The notes: generated by a model from the sequence alone, not told the origin. A stretch of DNA of 64,000 nt from Lepidodermella squamata (GCA_047495785.1 JBLDXI010000042.1:2914001-2978000), one strand, 5' to 3'; positions 24,610 to 37,432 are shown, numbered from the stretch's first letter. A program made the numbers and translations.

Positions 24610-26239
24610 ATGGAGCGAAAAATATCCCTCTTGTGGTATTTTCTGATATCAGGAATAACAGGTTAGCTGCGGAGGTTTGTAACAGTGAGATTTTTAATGT
24701 CAAATACTTATTCCAGCTCAAACACCGAACTCGCCGCAGATTGTTACATATGACAGAAGTGAGTCAAACTCAATGCTTGTCAATTACTCCTAAAAATCTT
24801 GTCTTTTAGCTACTAAATGGCCATACATTACTTTGGAGCCAAGAGGTCCAGATTACTTTGATGATTTGAATCCGTACCGAACGAAGATCACAACAGTAAG
24901 CACGACTACACCCCGGCCAACAGGTTCGACCTATCCCCCAGCTGCCGATGTCTATCAATGTGATTTCGATGTCGGCATATGTGGTATGATTCATGACCCC
25001 ACGGCTTCGTTCAATTGGACTCGCCGAGATGGAAAAAGTCCACATGCCTACACTGGTCCGCAAATCGGAGATCATACGACAACGAAAGGATTTTATGTCT
25101 TCATCATCTGCTCAGATCCTCGAGTCACCGGAATGCAAGCTCGTTTGATCACACCTGAGCTGGTCACCACAACCGGATGTGCTAATATTTCGTTTTGGTA
25201 CAACGCCTATGGAGCTCATTTGGGTCGTTTAACTGTAAAAACCTTTGAGACAACAAACCCTGGCAGCGTGAGCAACGTTTTTGAAATCAGCGGCCCAGAT
25301 GACAATCAAGATTGGCGATTTGCAAGTGTTGTAGTTCCTGCATTGAAATACAAAATCATATTCGAGGGCGTAGTTGGAACTGGTTATATGGGCAACTATG
25401 GTCTGGATGACATTCTTGTTCGATCCGCACCTTGCCCCGCTACGACACCATCGCTCAATGGCTCAGCTCAAGTGTTCATCCCCGGCGACATTACAACACC
25501 TGCGCCAAGTGGCTTGCAAGCTTGGGCTATCACTTTGATCGCAGTGACTATAATCGCAGCCATCGCCGCCGTTGCGCTGGCTGTTTACTTGGTATACCGA
25601 CAAAAGAAACTCCGCCACTTGCGCATGATTGAAGAAAGGGAGGAAGAAGAGCGAAGAAAGCGTGAGATCGAGGAAGATGGGATTATTCACACCGATAGGT
25701 CGTATAGTACCCGAGTCAGGACAGGGAACCCTGGTGTCGATAGGCCGCAAGGCCGGATGCTGCCATCAGCCCAGCGACGTCTTGCGCCTGGTTACGGCGC
25801 TCGTCCAGGCTCCCGCATGGGTTCGGCTTACAACAGAGTGGACATTCCAGCGAGCGCAGTTTCGAAACGAGGTCACTCTCCCTCAGCTCTTGCTCTCCAC
25901 GAATCTGGCCCTGGGAACACAGAGTATGGCTACGACCAGGAGGTTGACAACACTGCTCGATTGAGATCGGCTGCTCGAATCCAAATCAACCTGGGTGAAA
26001 ACGAACAACCACCTGTACCGCAGATCTCGCAACCCGCCCGCCTGCCAACGATTTTTGGAGGCGAAGAATCTCCACCACCCACTCGTAGCGCCAGTCGTAA
26101 AACAGAGATCACAGTAAGTGATGCAAGTCCTATTCCTGATCGTCGGGGAGATATCGGACAGCCAGCAACAATGCGTCCTGATAGTACACCTAAGAGTACA
26201 GCAACAGGCAAGGCTGAAAAGATGCAATGGTACGATTGA
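24610..26239 (+). CDS. Type I membrane protein MAM-2 with an N-terminal TKW...NPYR motif
   Basis: Signal exon 24610-24661 (MERKISLLWYFLISGIT), introns 24662-24716 and 24759-24809. Then TKWPYITLEPRGPDYFDDLNPYR, a MAM domain (CDFDVGIC, GPQIGDHTT..GFY, ARLITP, FWYNAYG, GLDDI), TM WAITLIAVTIIAAIAAVALAVYLVY and a cytoplasmic tail. Confidence 0.88.
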
Positions 26240-26744
26240 ACGGATACTGGGAATACTCGGATTGTATTAAACATTTGTTTCTGTCTTTTATCCTATTTTC
26301 ATGTATCTTCAATTTCATGCATGCTTATTTTCTAATATTCCAGCTCGAAGTTAATCATTTTCTTCATCTGACAAAATCGGTTTTCTCTTGTTTCACATGT
26401 CTATAATAAACTCATATGCATCTTCAAGAAAGATAGTCGAGGTTCAAACCACGCGTCGCTCAGGCGTGTTTACATTCGCAGGTCAGAAAAATAGCGATGA
26501 GATATGGATTTTTGCTTACATTTTTTTGCGCCGACACATGCGTGCAAGTTGGTTCATTAAAGTTTAATAGGAAAAAAAGGAGGTGGAAGCCGAGGCCTGT
26601 TCGCACGGTTGCGTGTCTGCATTGAATAAAAAATTGAGTTGAGGGAATGCAGCAGGCATCCCGTTGTTAGCGACCCGACCGATTTGGGCTTTTAGAGAGA
26701 TCAAGGTCCCACCATCTCTTGATCTCTATGAGACTCTAGAAAAT

Positions 26745-29032
26745 ATGAACACTTTCGTTATTCTTACCCTTATGCTGCATTTAACTGCAGGTAGGAGTTA
26801 CAATGCGTTCCACTGCACTCCTTATGATATAAAATACTCTTTAGGTCAGCAATTGCCCTTGGCTCTATACGATGAGGAAGAAGAAACGCGGACAACGAAA
26901 GAATTGCAGCCAGAAGATCGGGTTCGGGAAAGCTACGTCTACACAGCTCACCCTTACATACCAGTCGTAATTTTGCTGCCACGATCAACCACTCCAACGC
27001 TACCTGGTTCGAAGCCAGTTGTAGTCCAGAGTAATAGCGATGATGACCATGAAACAGGCCAATTAGCTACAGAACGGCCTAGAATACCGCAGCCTGCCAT
27101 TCCTACCTATCGCACGAGGTTTGCAATGCCAACTGCGAAAACAACTCCTACCCCAGCGCCGAAAGTCGTCATGGCAGCGGGTGACCCTGATACCAAACGA
27201 GGCATCGTCATATGTACTTTCGATGATAGTATGTGTGATTTCACCCACGACTCATCTGTTCCAATGAGATGGTCGAGACGCAACATTAAAGCGCCTCCCA
27301 GAACAGGCCCTGAGCGGGACCATACATCTGGGAGTGGGTATTATCTTCTTTTTGATATTCAAAAGAATCCGAAAGGCAACGTGGCTCGTCTCATCAGTCC
27401 TGAATTGTTCACACCCACTGATTGCATTATCATCGAATTCTGGTATTACGCCTACGGCAGTCAGCTTAATCGGCTGACCGTCAAAACAATAACTACAGCA
27501 GATGGAGTTGAAGATTTAACGACAGCTTTCGAGCTCATCGAACCGAAGGAGATTCCAAAAGCCTGGCAACAGGTTCGTGCTACTATGAAGCTGTACGATG
27601 AGCGATATCGAGTAATTTTCGAGGCCGAAGCTGGGGACGGGCCGGAGGGGGATTACGCGATCGACGACGTCACGATCAGGGCAGATGGCTGCCCAGCTGA
27701 AATTACTAGACGACCTTTGGCGAACCGAGCCAGCGCCAGCCCTGATCTACGCCAAGTCGACAAAATGAACTACCGCAATGTTACAACGACTGCGTCACCT
27801 GCTTCTGCAAGCGCACCAGCTTTATCCCGTAAGTTTGAATTTTTGCTAACTGAATTATGAATAGTAACGCCTGAACTATTCCTAACATAACAGCTACTGC
27901 AATAGCTGCAATTGTTATAGTTATAGTCATCATTCTTGTCGCTGCAATCCCTCTGAGTATGTTTCTATGGAAAGTATATGGCCGCAAGAAAAGAGCAGCG
28001 CTGAACGGAGGGTAAATATATATATTTGTATGGCTTTGCAATATAGAGAGAATTTTTTTCAGAGGTCCGAATCACTCTGATCGCAACCGTTCGACACCTT
28101 TGAATGAAATGCCCGATTCTGCCCGAACTGAGAGAGACATTCCAATGACAGAAGCCAATCGAAGTCGTCCCCCAACGGCTGCAGTGGCTGCTAGACCGAG
28201 AAAAGCTGCAACAGCCGTAACTGAGCAAACAAGCGAGATTCAGGGGTATGACCAGGCCGATAACCTTGGCTACTTGAAGCACGCGGAGCAAAATGAAGGT
28301 CAAACACTTGACTCAGCAGAATTAGCTCGGAAGCTAACCGACGTATCGATATCTCTGAAAAACGCGCCGAAATCTGATAACGACCCTGCTAAAGCTTCGG
28401 CTGTCATTGATAAACCAAAGGAAGTCACAGAGGCTTCGGTTGTTGCGAAATTAGATAAATCCTTAGATCGCGTTCTTGGCGACGCTTCGGTAACTTCTAC
28501 CCTCACATCTAGCGGCAGCGGTACTTGGTCAAGTTTCGACGCAAATTTTGCTGTGCCCTCTCCCACCGTCGTTCCCGCGGAATGGGCAGCTTCAACATTC
28601 GATGATAAGATGATTGCACCAAATCCTCACACTTTTGTGCCAATCGATCCGCCAGCTGCGCCGAGCTCTAATACTCCGTTCCACGAAGACCTGACAAAGT
28701 CCAAGGCTGACTTGCACGATGTAGTTTTGAATAAGGACGAAGCTCCCACGGATAATCCGATTGCTTTTGATAATTCGAATTTTTTCGCCGCCCACTCAGC
28801 CAAACCCAGCAAGCCAGTGCAGGAACCGTGGTTTGCCGAGAGCAATAACAGCACCACCATGTACGAATTTCCTAATTATGGCGATTTTCATGCTAGCATG
28901 AGCAGTAATCGGTGGCATTTGAGTAACTTCATGATCAACGAGGAGGAACGGGGCAATCCATCACCTGAGACCCATGACGTTGCGAAAGAAGCAAAACCGC
29001 AGGTGAAATCTTCTAATGAATCGGTGATATAA
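26745..29032 (+). CDS. Type I membrane protein MAM-3
   Basis: Signal MNTFVILTLMLHLTA, Pro/Thr-rich stalk, MAM domain (CTFDDSMC, GPERDHTSGSGYY, ARLISP, FWYYAYG, AIDDV). Intron 27829-27893, TM exon (TAIAAIVIVIVIILVAAIPLSMFLW-KVYGRKKR), intron about 28012-28062, tail to 29032. Confidence 0.86.
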
Positions 29033-29212
29033 AAACTTTAGTGGTGAGAAATCCTTGACATTTGGCGATTCTGGCTTTGCGAATAATTAAGGAAACGAGG
29101 ACGAATAAAACAAGCGTGTGTATTTTACTTCTAAGCACAATTGAGAATCATACAAATCACTGACTCCTATATCAGTCTTCAATTCCATGATATATAGCGA
29201 TATCCTGTAATT

Positions 29213-29467
29213 TTAATGCTTCATTTTTTCCTCCCGAGCCTTCTGACGAAGAGATGATTGGCCGAAAGAACCCCTAGCATTGCTTGGAATCCGCTTGAAA
29301 CGATCTGACGACCATGCGCTGCGATGAACGACCGGGGAAGCGTATTGTCTCAGGTGATTAATCCTGCTCAGAGCTGCATAGTCCTCGCCACTTCTTGCCT
29401 CTGAGTAGACCATGCTAGCAAAGCAGGCAAAAAGAAGTAGGGCAAAAAATAATGCTTTAATTTCCAT
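29213..29467 (-). CDS. Prepropeptide P1
   Basis: Signal MEIKALFFALLLFACFASMVYS. KR site followed by IPSNARGSFGQSSLRQKAREEKMKH. Single exon. Confidence 0.75.
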   Translation of the reverse strand: MEIKALFFALLLFACFASMVYSEARSGEDYAALSRINHLRQYASPVVHRSAWSSDRFKRIPSNARGSFGQSSLRQKAREEKMKH

Positions 29468-30138
29468 TTGCTCCAAAATAAAAGTCGAGAATTAGCAGAT
29501 ATATGAGAGTACGAAATCAAGCGGAATGTCACAATTATCGGGGCAGGATGCTGCTTAAATACTGAAAATCCCCGCCTCTTCCCAAGGGTGCGCAAATCTA
29601 TATAATTAATAGCTTTGTTCTGCGAGTTACATCACTTCCGTTAGTGCTTTCACGGCTAATCCCATATGGAATTGCCTAAGCAAGTGATGAAAATTGCGGA
29701 AATGAAGCTCTGTGTGCCTACAAAACGAAGATTTTACAGTCATACTATACAACAGAGTCTCAAAATCATTATTGCGTCAAAACATCTGATTTGATGGCAT
29801 TCTTATGTATTAAAAGATGACTGAAATCGGAAGCCGGTAAAAGGAGCCTAAAAATTATTAATAGCGCTAAGTATCAAAAGGAATAATTTCAATGGAATAT
29901 ACTCATCGCCGTGGCGCTATACAGCATATTCCACTATTTCCTACGTCAGTTCTAATAAAAGGTTTGCTCTGGAGTATTTGATCCTTTCATAGTAAGTGAG
30001 CGTGACAGATACGGATACGATAAACAGTTTACCTAAGAAGTCGTATCCTTAAAAGCCAACTGCCAGACAGATCTAAAGAACGATACTTCGCTCCTTCTAA
30101 GAAACAGTCTATAGTTGCTTTGCAATTTGCAATTAAGA

Positions 30139-32113
30139 ATGCTTAAGGATTGGAAGCATTGTCTCGATGAAACCGATATCGAAATGGCCGCGACCACCAA
30201 GGTGAGATAAGATACTTTATGGACTATAGTGACTTTCTCCTTGTATATATCGTCAGCTCCATGCCATGCGTCGATGGTTTGTTACAGGAGCCGTCATAAG
30301 GCGAACGATTTGGGGATTACTAGCTTGCCTCAGCATCGGCTCGTGGATATACGTCATGCGAGAGCGAGTCGCATTTTACCATCTTTACGCTCTTGTTACA
30401 AGCTATTCTGTCGAATATCCGCAGGTATGCTATGAGTTCATACGCTCGCAATAGGTTTTCTATAGCTCAGTAATCTAGAGTGTGCCGTTTCCAGCTGTCA
30501 CCGTGTGCAACATGAATATGTTTACAAGTTCGTCACTTTCTGAGATCGAGAGGAAACTCCTGCGAGATGTTGGAAAATCATTTTTCAATGACCTCAAGCT
30601 CCTCAAATCAAGCTCAATGAGCCAAGAAGGGCTCAACAGATCGGCTTTTCAACTTTACGACGATTACGCGATAAGGGAGGCTAAAATTATCGGAAACTCC
30701 ACCTTTGACCTCGGACATTTTATCGATTCCAAAGGATGGGAAATTTCAGATAACAATTTGATTTGCTCCTTTGCTGGAGAGCCTTGCTATTCTAGCGATT
30801 TTAGCGCAGTGATGACGAGGTATGGTAAATGCTACTCCTTCAATGCCGATAACACTCAAGCACAAATAGTCCCTGGTCGAAGTTCAGGGTTGCGCATCTA
30901 CATCAACGTTGAAGAGGTTATCAATTGAAAGCCAGACAGATAATATAAATGTATTGTATGATAAGGATGAGTATCACGAATTCAACATAATGGGCGAAAT
31001 TCAAGAGGAGGTCGGAGCTATGATCTATGTCCACCATCCTTACGAGCCTCCGAACACTGGTCTTGCGGCTTCGCCTGGTTTCGACATGCTCGTTCCATTG
31101 AAAATGAACATTATGACAACTATCAACACACCGCCTTGGAACAGCTGTGGCGAAGGACCTATCGGCCCCTATAAGGAATATTCGATTCAGGGATGTCAGG
31201 CACTATGCGAGTCAAATTACTACGCAGCTGAAGATTTTTGCACTTGTAGGCCATGGTATCTACCTGCAGTGGAAGAAGGAAACTCAACTTTGCCTGTTTG
31301 TTCAATTTCCAAGGGCATTTTTTGCGCTAATTGGGTCATAAGTACACTCTCTATTACGATGTTTGCATTTTTTAATTACCTTTTTCATTAGACGGTAATC
31401 ACCACGATCATTGTCGATCTAGGTGCGAAGAAGCATGTTCAGCTTTTAGCTATGAATTTAGCTCAAGCTATTCGAAAATGGTCGGTGTTCCGATTCCAGC
31501 ACACAACTACACAGCACAGTATATTCAAGACAATTGGCTTCGAATTAGTGTTTATTTCGCAGACTTGGTCGTAGATTCAATCGATGCTGACACCGCGATA
31601 ACGATTAGCGGCTTGCTGTCCGATTTCGGAAATTTCATGTCGATGTTTCTCGGCTTCTCCGTGGTAACCATGTTCGACCTTGTGGAGTATCCTGTGCTTA
31701 AGATATATCGACAATGCATAAGGCCGAGTTATCGAAGAGCAAGAGCCTATAATGCAAAAGTGAGGCGGAGAAGGGATCCTGTTTACACTGCAAATGAACC
31801 TGCTGATAAGGTAACAGTCGATTCTTTTACGAAGAATGTATGGAACAAAGGTTATAGAGCGTACAGCGTGAGTTCTAATTTTGATCACCAAAAACAACCA
31901 ATAAATCGTTTTTATTAGTGGTTGGACAAATATGCGCATTTCAGCTACTTCGGACGATCCAAGCCTAAAGTGTTAAAAGAAACGCATGGCGCAAGAGGGA
32001 AACCCGCCAGCAATGTCTCGGTTGATTCTGCCATGCCCCGATACCGCAGTTGGTCGATAAGCAGTTGGGCTAAACAACTAACAGACAGAAAAGTAATTCT
32101 CAAACGTTTCTGA
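30139..32113 (+). CDS. DEG/ENaC (ASIC-like) ion channel subunit 1
   Basis: Spliced MLKDWKHCLDETDIEMAATTK|LHAMRRWF, TM1, FPAVTVCNMN, YGKCYSFN, GL.IYINVE, Cys-rich thumb, TM2 GLLSDFGNFMSMFLGFSVVTMFDLVEY. Five short introns. Confidence 0.93.
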
Positions 32114-32226
32114 GCAATTTCATTGAATGATTAACGTTTCACTTTTATTTCTGCAAAACTCTTTTGAAATGTAGTAGCTGTGAAGTGACAAGGTAACAGC
32201 GGGGTTGTGGTTTACAAGAATATGAA

Positions 32227-32616
32227 TCATCTATTTACCTTCCCATTTAAGATATCACGAGCTAGGATCTGAGCCCATAGGTAAAAAGTAGCATTGTTCT
32301 CGCAGATTTGCTTCGAGCCGATTCGCTCAACACATTTGCGCATGCGAATTTTTTGAATGATCCGCTCGCACATCTTGTCAAGGAGATTGTTAAACCTGGC
32401 CTCGCCCATTTTTTCTCGTTCACTCGTTGCGTAGCGTGTTTCGATTATTGTCCGACAAAGCGCAATATCTTTCAAGTCAGTTGTTCCTGACGCTTGGCTC
32501 GAGGCTAGATGATCATCTTGAGAAACTGGCTGGCCGGGTGTTTGATTGGGGTCAACAGCTGATGAGTAAGCTAAGAACAATGATAGAGCAATCAACCGGG
32601 AATTTTCAAGCAGCAT
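32227..32616 (-). CDS. Secreted two-cysteine family member C (apparently intronless, 2 extra Cys)
   Basis: Signal MLLENSRLIALSLFLAYSSA. C-terminus IRMRKCVERIGSKQICENNATFYLWAQILARDILNG. Confidence 0.85.
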   Translation of the reverse strand: MLLENSRLIALSLFLAYSSAVDPNQTPGQPVSQDDHLASSQASGTTDLKDIALCRTIIETRYATSEREKMGEARFNNLLDKMCERIIQKIRMRKCVERIGSKQICENNATFYLWAQILARDILNGKVNR

Positions 32617-33147
32617 CTTTCGGAATAAAAACGGCCTATAATGGACAAAAGTATCATGATTAACGTTTAATGGTCCAATGAACGGTGTATGCACTTAGGC
32701 GATGGCAAGCAAATATTTACAGACGGATAAATGAATCAGTTTTGCGGGTTGTGATGCGTACAAATTTTTTCCGGTCATCTCATCGCTATTTGCGAAAAAT
32801 CGAAGCGCCACACGTTTCACTGTGTACCAAACGGACGACACCGTCTTTTATAAATGTATGCAATGTGGGCGTCGATATTTATAGGATTATCATGTTTGTC
32901 TATACTTCACGATACGTAATTCCCTGCTGGGCGCCCACAGCGTCCGAGGTCTTGTAAAGACGGGAAACAGGGCCGGGATCACGCAAAAGTTTAGGACGGA
33001 AACATGAATAGGATGCGAATGTTGCTCCCAAAAGACACCACGATATCAACGTATTGGCAGCCAAGTCAATTTCATAAGAAAGAGAGAGAAAAAAATTGGT
33101 TAATTCTTCGTTAAAAAATCTGCAGTTGCTTCGCTCTTATAAACGAA

Positions 33148-33357
33148 ATGAGAGGCTTTGCTATCAAGGCAACAATTTGGCTGTTGTTTTTGGCGATGGC
33201 TGTTGTGACGATGGTGGAGATGCGCCAAGCACCAGTGAAGCTCGCCTACTTCAGCGATTTCGATGAGCGGAAGACCGCGGGAGAACCTGTGTCAGTCAAA
33301 CGCAGTTTCGGAAAGGCCTGGATGCGTAAAATTGGGCGAGGACACAATGACAATTAG
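33148..33357 (+). CDS. Prepropeptide P2 (predicted SFGKAWMRKI-amide)
   Basis: Signal MRGFAIKATIWLLFLAMAVVTMVEM, spacer, then KR-SFGKAWMRKI-G-R (possible amidation signal). Confidence 0.78.
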   Translation: MRGFAIKATIWLLFLAMAVVTMVEMRQAPVKLAYFSDFDERKTAGEPVSVKRSFGKAWMRKIGRGHNDN

Positions 33358-33905
33358 CTACGATTTTCCAAATGGAATGAGGAAAAACATCTGTAACATT
33401 ATTATGTCATATTAACAATTATTGGAATACACAAAATGATTACGAAACAACTACTCTTCACCTGTGGATCACTCAATTATTCAAAACTCACATTTGCAAT
33501 ACTAATAAACTTTGTTCTCGTTGTGGCTCATTAGTTTTTGATATCGTATACTGCGAAATAATGCCTGTAATTTGTTTTCAAATTGTCCCCAACTCAAAAT
33601 TAAACTGCTTCTCATAACGAGATACGCAAGAACTCACGCTTATATTGGTAAATTACTAAAGCTGGGTTATAATTTTGATTATAGGTCACGAGTTCGGAAT
33701 ATAGGAAGTATAGGAAATTCGAGAATGTTGAGTTTGAATAGCAGATTGTACTGGCTACAGAAATGCCAGATGATTCAATTCTCCGAGGTATCTCGTGACA
33801 CTTTGGTTGTATTATTTCTGACATGTTGTGTTGCACTCTTCTATTGAATTTGAACAAGGCTAAAGGCTACCCATTTCTTTGTTTTTCGATACAAATAGGA
33901 CAATT

Positions 33906-34130
33906 ATGGCATTAAAGCGACTCGAATCGGCTGCTGTCGTTTTAACAGTTATGATCGTCGTGATCTTACTCTGCAGCGAGTTCGTTTCATCTAAGTATGT
34001 CGAAAATGGGGACACCGACCCAAGCGCCCGAATCAGGCTGCAGAAGGTCATTATTCGCGATTCGAAATCCTTCAGAAGCAACCTGATCGACCATCCAACG
34101 GTTTTCACTTGGAGTAAGCCAAAAAATTAG
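33906..34130 (+). CDS. Small secreted peptide precursor P3
   Basis: Hydrophobic signal (AAVVLTVMIVVILLCSEFVSS) and K-SFR motif. No dibasic site in the mature region. Confidence 0.6.
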   Translation: MALKRLESAAVVLTVMIVVILLCSEFVSSKYVENGDTDPSARIRLQKVIIRDSKSFRSNLIDHPTVFTWSKPKN

Positions 34131-34537
34131 TTGCAAGATGAGCAAGGCGCAGCGGAACATTATGAATCATTGGTTTTCGAGAACAAATCTATATCATTTT
34201 ATTTATGCTTTGAGTTCTCCCGCGACGCGGTTTCAATTTTTAAACAGAAAATAAAAGCTTTGACCCCAGCTTTAACCATAGGTACCTATGGTTGCGTATT
34301 AAAAATACGGCTCGCAATCAGATTCAGTGCAATTAATAATGTAGAGGTAGCTACAGCATTAAATCGTTACCATGTATCGGAAATTATTCCGCCCCTTCAC
34401 CATATCCTGAGTGGCACGCGGATTAATTAGATTTTCTGACTGCTTTTGGCGCGACATCTCGAGGGAAAAGCTAGAGGCTAAAACAAGTCATCAGTTTTTC
34501 GATACAACTACATTTTCACAGACTCGTCTATTCAACA

Positions 34538-34744
34538 ATGAAAACTGCTTTGGCTTTGTTTTTGATGGCGATTGTTGTAGCCATCGTCCTAATTTCTTCA
34601 ACATCGGCACAGGAAGAAGCTGTCGACATGGGTTTTTTCGGCCGTGATCTCGAAGACGATGGAGTTTGGGTCGGCCAAAAGCGACGATTCGGTAACTACC
34701 TGGCAATGAAAAGCCTCGACCCTCACGATTCCTCAGAAAAATAA
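34538..34744 (+). CDS. Prepropeptide P4
   Basis: Signal MKTALALFLMAIVVAIVLISSTSA, then QEEAVDMGFF-GR (possible pGlu...FF-amide), an acidic spacer and KR-RFGNYLAMKSLDPHDSSEK. Confidence 0.78.
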   Translation: MKTALALFLMAIVVAIVLISSTSAQEEAVDMGFFGRDLEDDGVWVGQKRRFGNYLAMKSLDPHDSSEK

Positions 34745-34866
34745 GTAACCCCTTGTCGAAAACATGTTCACTATACTCATATACATCTTCATTGTAAAAG
34801 TCAGAGAACATTGTTTAAGAAAGTTATGCATTTATTAAGAAAATTAACAAAATAAATAAATAACGA

Positions 34867-36910
34867 TTATAGGCCTGTTTTAATGTTTCCGAAGAATGAA
34901 GGAGTGTTCCCCTCCCTGTCGGAGAAGCTCATTATCGATACTCGACGGCGCTGGTTTGATTGAGATTGTGACATGTACTTCCGCAATCGCGCTGGCTCCT
35001 TTGTTGGTTTGATTATTTGAGGCTTTTCGCGCTTGAAAAAGCCGAAATTCGAGAAGTCATCGCGGTTCTACAACAAAAAGTGTGGCAGTTACTCATTTCC
35101 CTCAAATTAACTTACTTTTTTATGCATTTGACCTGCTAATGTTTCTTTTGTCCAGATATCTATTGCAGATTTATCATCTACTGATTTGCTGACGGTTACG
35201 ATAGGATCCTTGGGTCGTCTTTTCTTTATCCTCTCGCGAATGGCTTTTGCTTTGCGGTACCCAGGTCTTATGCATTGTCGATAGATTTTAAGAAACGGGT
35301 ATTCTATCAAGTCGAACATCGTTACAACCGAAAAACCGATGAACATCGACATGTAATTTCCAAAATCAGCCAATAAGCCATCAATCGTGAATCCGACACC
35401 TGAGTCAATCGTGTTGACAGTGAAACTCGGGAAATGAACGCTAATCTCCACCCAATTGTTGTCAATGTAATCCTGTGATAATTTTTCGCCTTCGAGTAAA
35501 TATTGGCCCGGATTAGGCACGCCCACGAGTTTTGCATAGCTCGTTGCAAAGTCGTATTGATTAGTTGAGCAAGCCTCATCACATTGACAGGCGCTGAGGA
35601 ATTTGTCAGCTGAAAAACTATGCTACTCAAGAGAAATGTTGTCCCAGACAAAAACTTACTGATGACCCAATTGGAGCAAAAAATGGTCCTAGAAACAGAA
35701 CATGGTTGTAGCGAACTGCCAGCTTCTTCGGGCAGAAACCATGGCCGGCAACCACATTGCGGATGAGATGCGTAGGCTCTAACTTGACACAATGCCAAAC
35801 AGCCAGTTACTGAGTATTGATCGTAAGGTCCCAACGGGCCTTCACCACAAGTGTTCCAAGGCTCCCTGTTGATTGTAGTCATAGCTGTAAGCTTCAAGGG
35901 GATGTTCATGTCAAATCCAGGCATCGCCGCCAAGCCATTTTTTAAATTAGGCGGCTCGTATTGCTGATGAATCAAAACTTTAGCCCCTGTGGCGATTTGC
36001 AGCTGACCAACAATATCGTATTTAAAATAATCGCTCTAAAAATGTTGCCGTCATTGAAGCGGAAATAAAAACAATTACTGAGCTATTACCTCTTCGATAT
36101 CGATGAAAAGTCGCAGTCCGTCAAGGCGGCCTGGCACATTTTGAACAAGAGAGCCATTCCCGTTGAATGAATAGCAAACCCCGTACTTCGTGAGGGTTAC
36201 GTTGAACTCTGAAGTAGAGCAAACTCTCGAACCATAGAAGCACCTGATTTTCGCATCATCAACGGACCATCCTTTTTCCAGCACAAATTGCTCCACACTG
36301 AAATCTGTTAAAATTTTTGAGGATCGTATAGGAAGTAGATTGGATTAATTTACTAGTATTCACGATAGATTGTTCAATTGCAGAATATTTTTCCAGAAGT
36401 TGTGCAGCAGTGGCGTTGGCGTCTCGACTATTTGACGCGACAAGTTGCATAATTTCTTTATAAAATGGTCCGGAGACATTTTCGAGGAGAGCCCTGTCAC
36501 TAGCGGACAGTTTTGATGCGCTGAGCATATTCAGGTTGCAGATTGTAACGGCAGGGAATGCTACCTCCTACGATAAATTTCGAGAAAGGAATGATATTAT
36601 AATTTAGCTAGAGCAATCTTGATACTCACTTGAGAATAGACAACGGAATAACTAGTTGAAAGACTGTACAAATGGTACAAGGCTACTCGTTCGCTCATCA
36701 AATAAACCCAGGTGGCAATGGCTACACATGCTAAAATGCCCCACAAAGATCTCCTGATAACTGCTCCAGACACAAACCACCTCCTCATTGCGTGGAACTG
36801 AAAAAGGAAATAGTTGGGGTATGTTTAAAGGAAAGAAGCGAAACCTTGGTGGTTGCAGCCATCTCGATGTCGGTCTCATCGAGACAAGTCCTCCAATCTT
36901 TCAGCAGCAT
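34867..36910 (-). CDS. DEG/ENaC ion channel subunit 2 (inverted paralog of subunit 1)
   Basis: MLLKDWRTCLDETDIEMAATTK|FHAMRRWF, FPAVTICNLN, YGVCYSFN, Cys-rich thumb, TM2 GLLADFGNYMSMFIGFSVVTMFDLIEY. The last exon ends ...KTGL-TAA at 34867. Confidence 0.93.
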
Positions 36911-37237
36911 TTCCCTCAGCTGCTAGAGAAAAACCTACCAGTACTCAGGTAGTAAGAAACACGAAATTGCCTGGCTTTCTTGCTGCGTTATAATACTAGA
37001 TGTATGCCGACTGTGTTTTATACATGGAGCTATAAAGCTGTTTATGCCACATTACTACGTGGTCAAAAGTAAGAGCCTCTTGGCACCTGCAAATGCTAAT
37101 AGCTATGTATACGCCACACACATGGGACTAAACAATAGTCATAATTTATTACGGAATTCTATGCTTGGATTATTAAGGTGTGTTAACTCCATTCAGGAGC
37201 AAATTCAACGACTTAATTTAAATAGTCTGAAGATGGT

Positions 37238-37432
37238 TTATTCGGCTGGCTGGCGATTACGGAATCTTTCTCCGAAGGAAATCGGTCGTTTAGCCATGAA
37301 GAATGAATTAATGATTCCTTCGCCGTCTTCTGGACCTTCGCTACGGTCTCCATTTGCTTCAATCATGACGGCTAAGGTGAAAATTGCAGAAAAGCAAAAG
37401 AAAACTTTGAAGAGAAAATTAGAGAAGTTCAT
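37238..37432 (-). CDS. Prepropeptide P5
   Basis: Signal MNFSNFLFKVFFCFSAIFTLAVMIEA, acidic spacer, KR-PISFGERFRNRQPAE. Confidence 0.78.
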   Translation of the reverse strand: MNFSNFLFKVFFCFSAIFTLAVMIEANGDRSEGPEDGEGIINSFFMAKRPISFGERFRNRQPAE

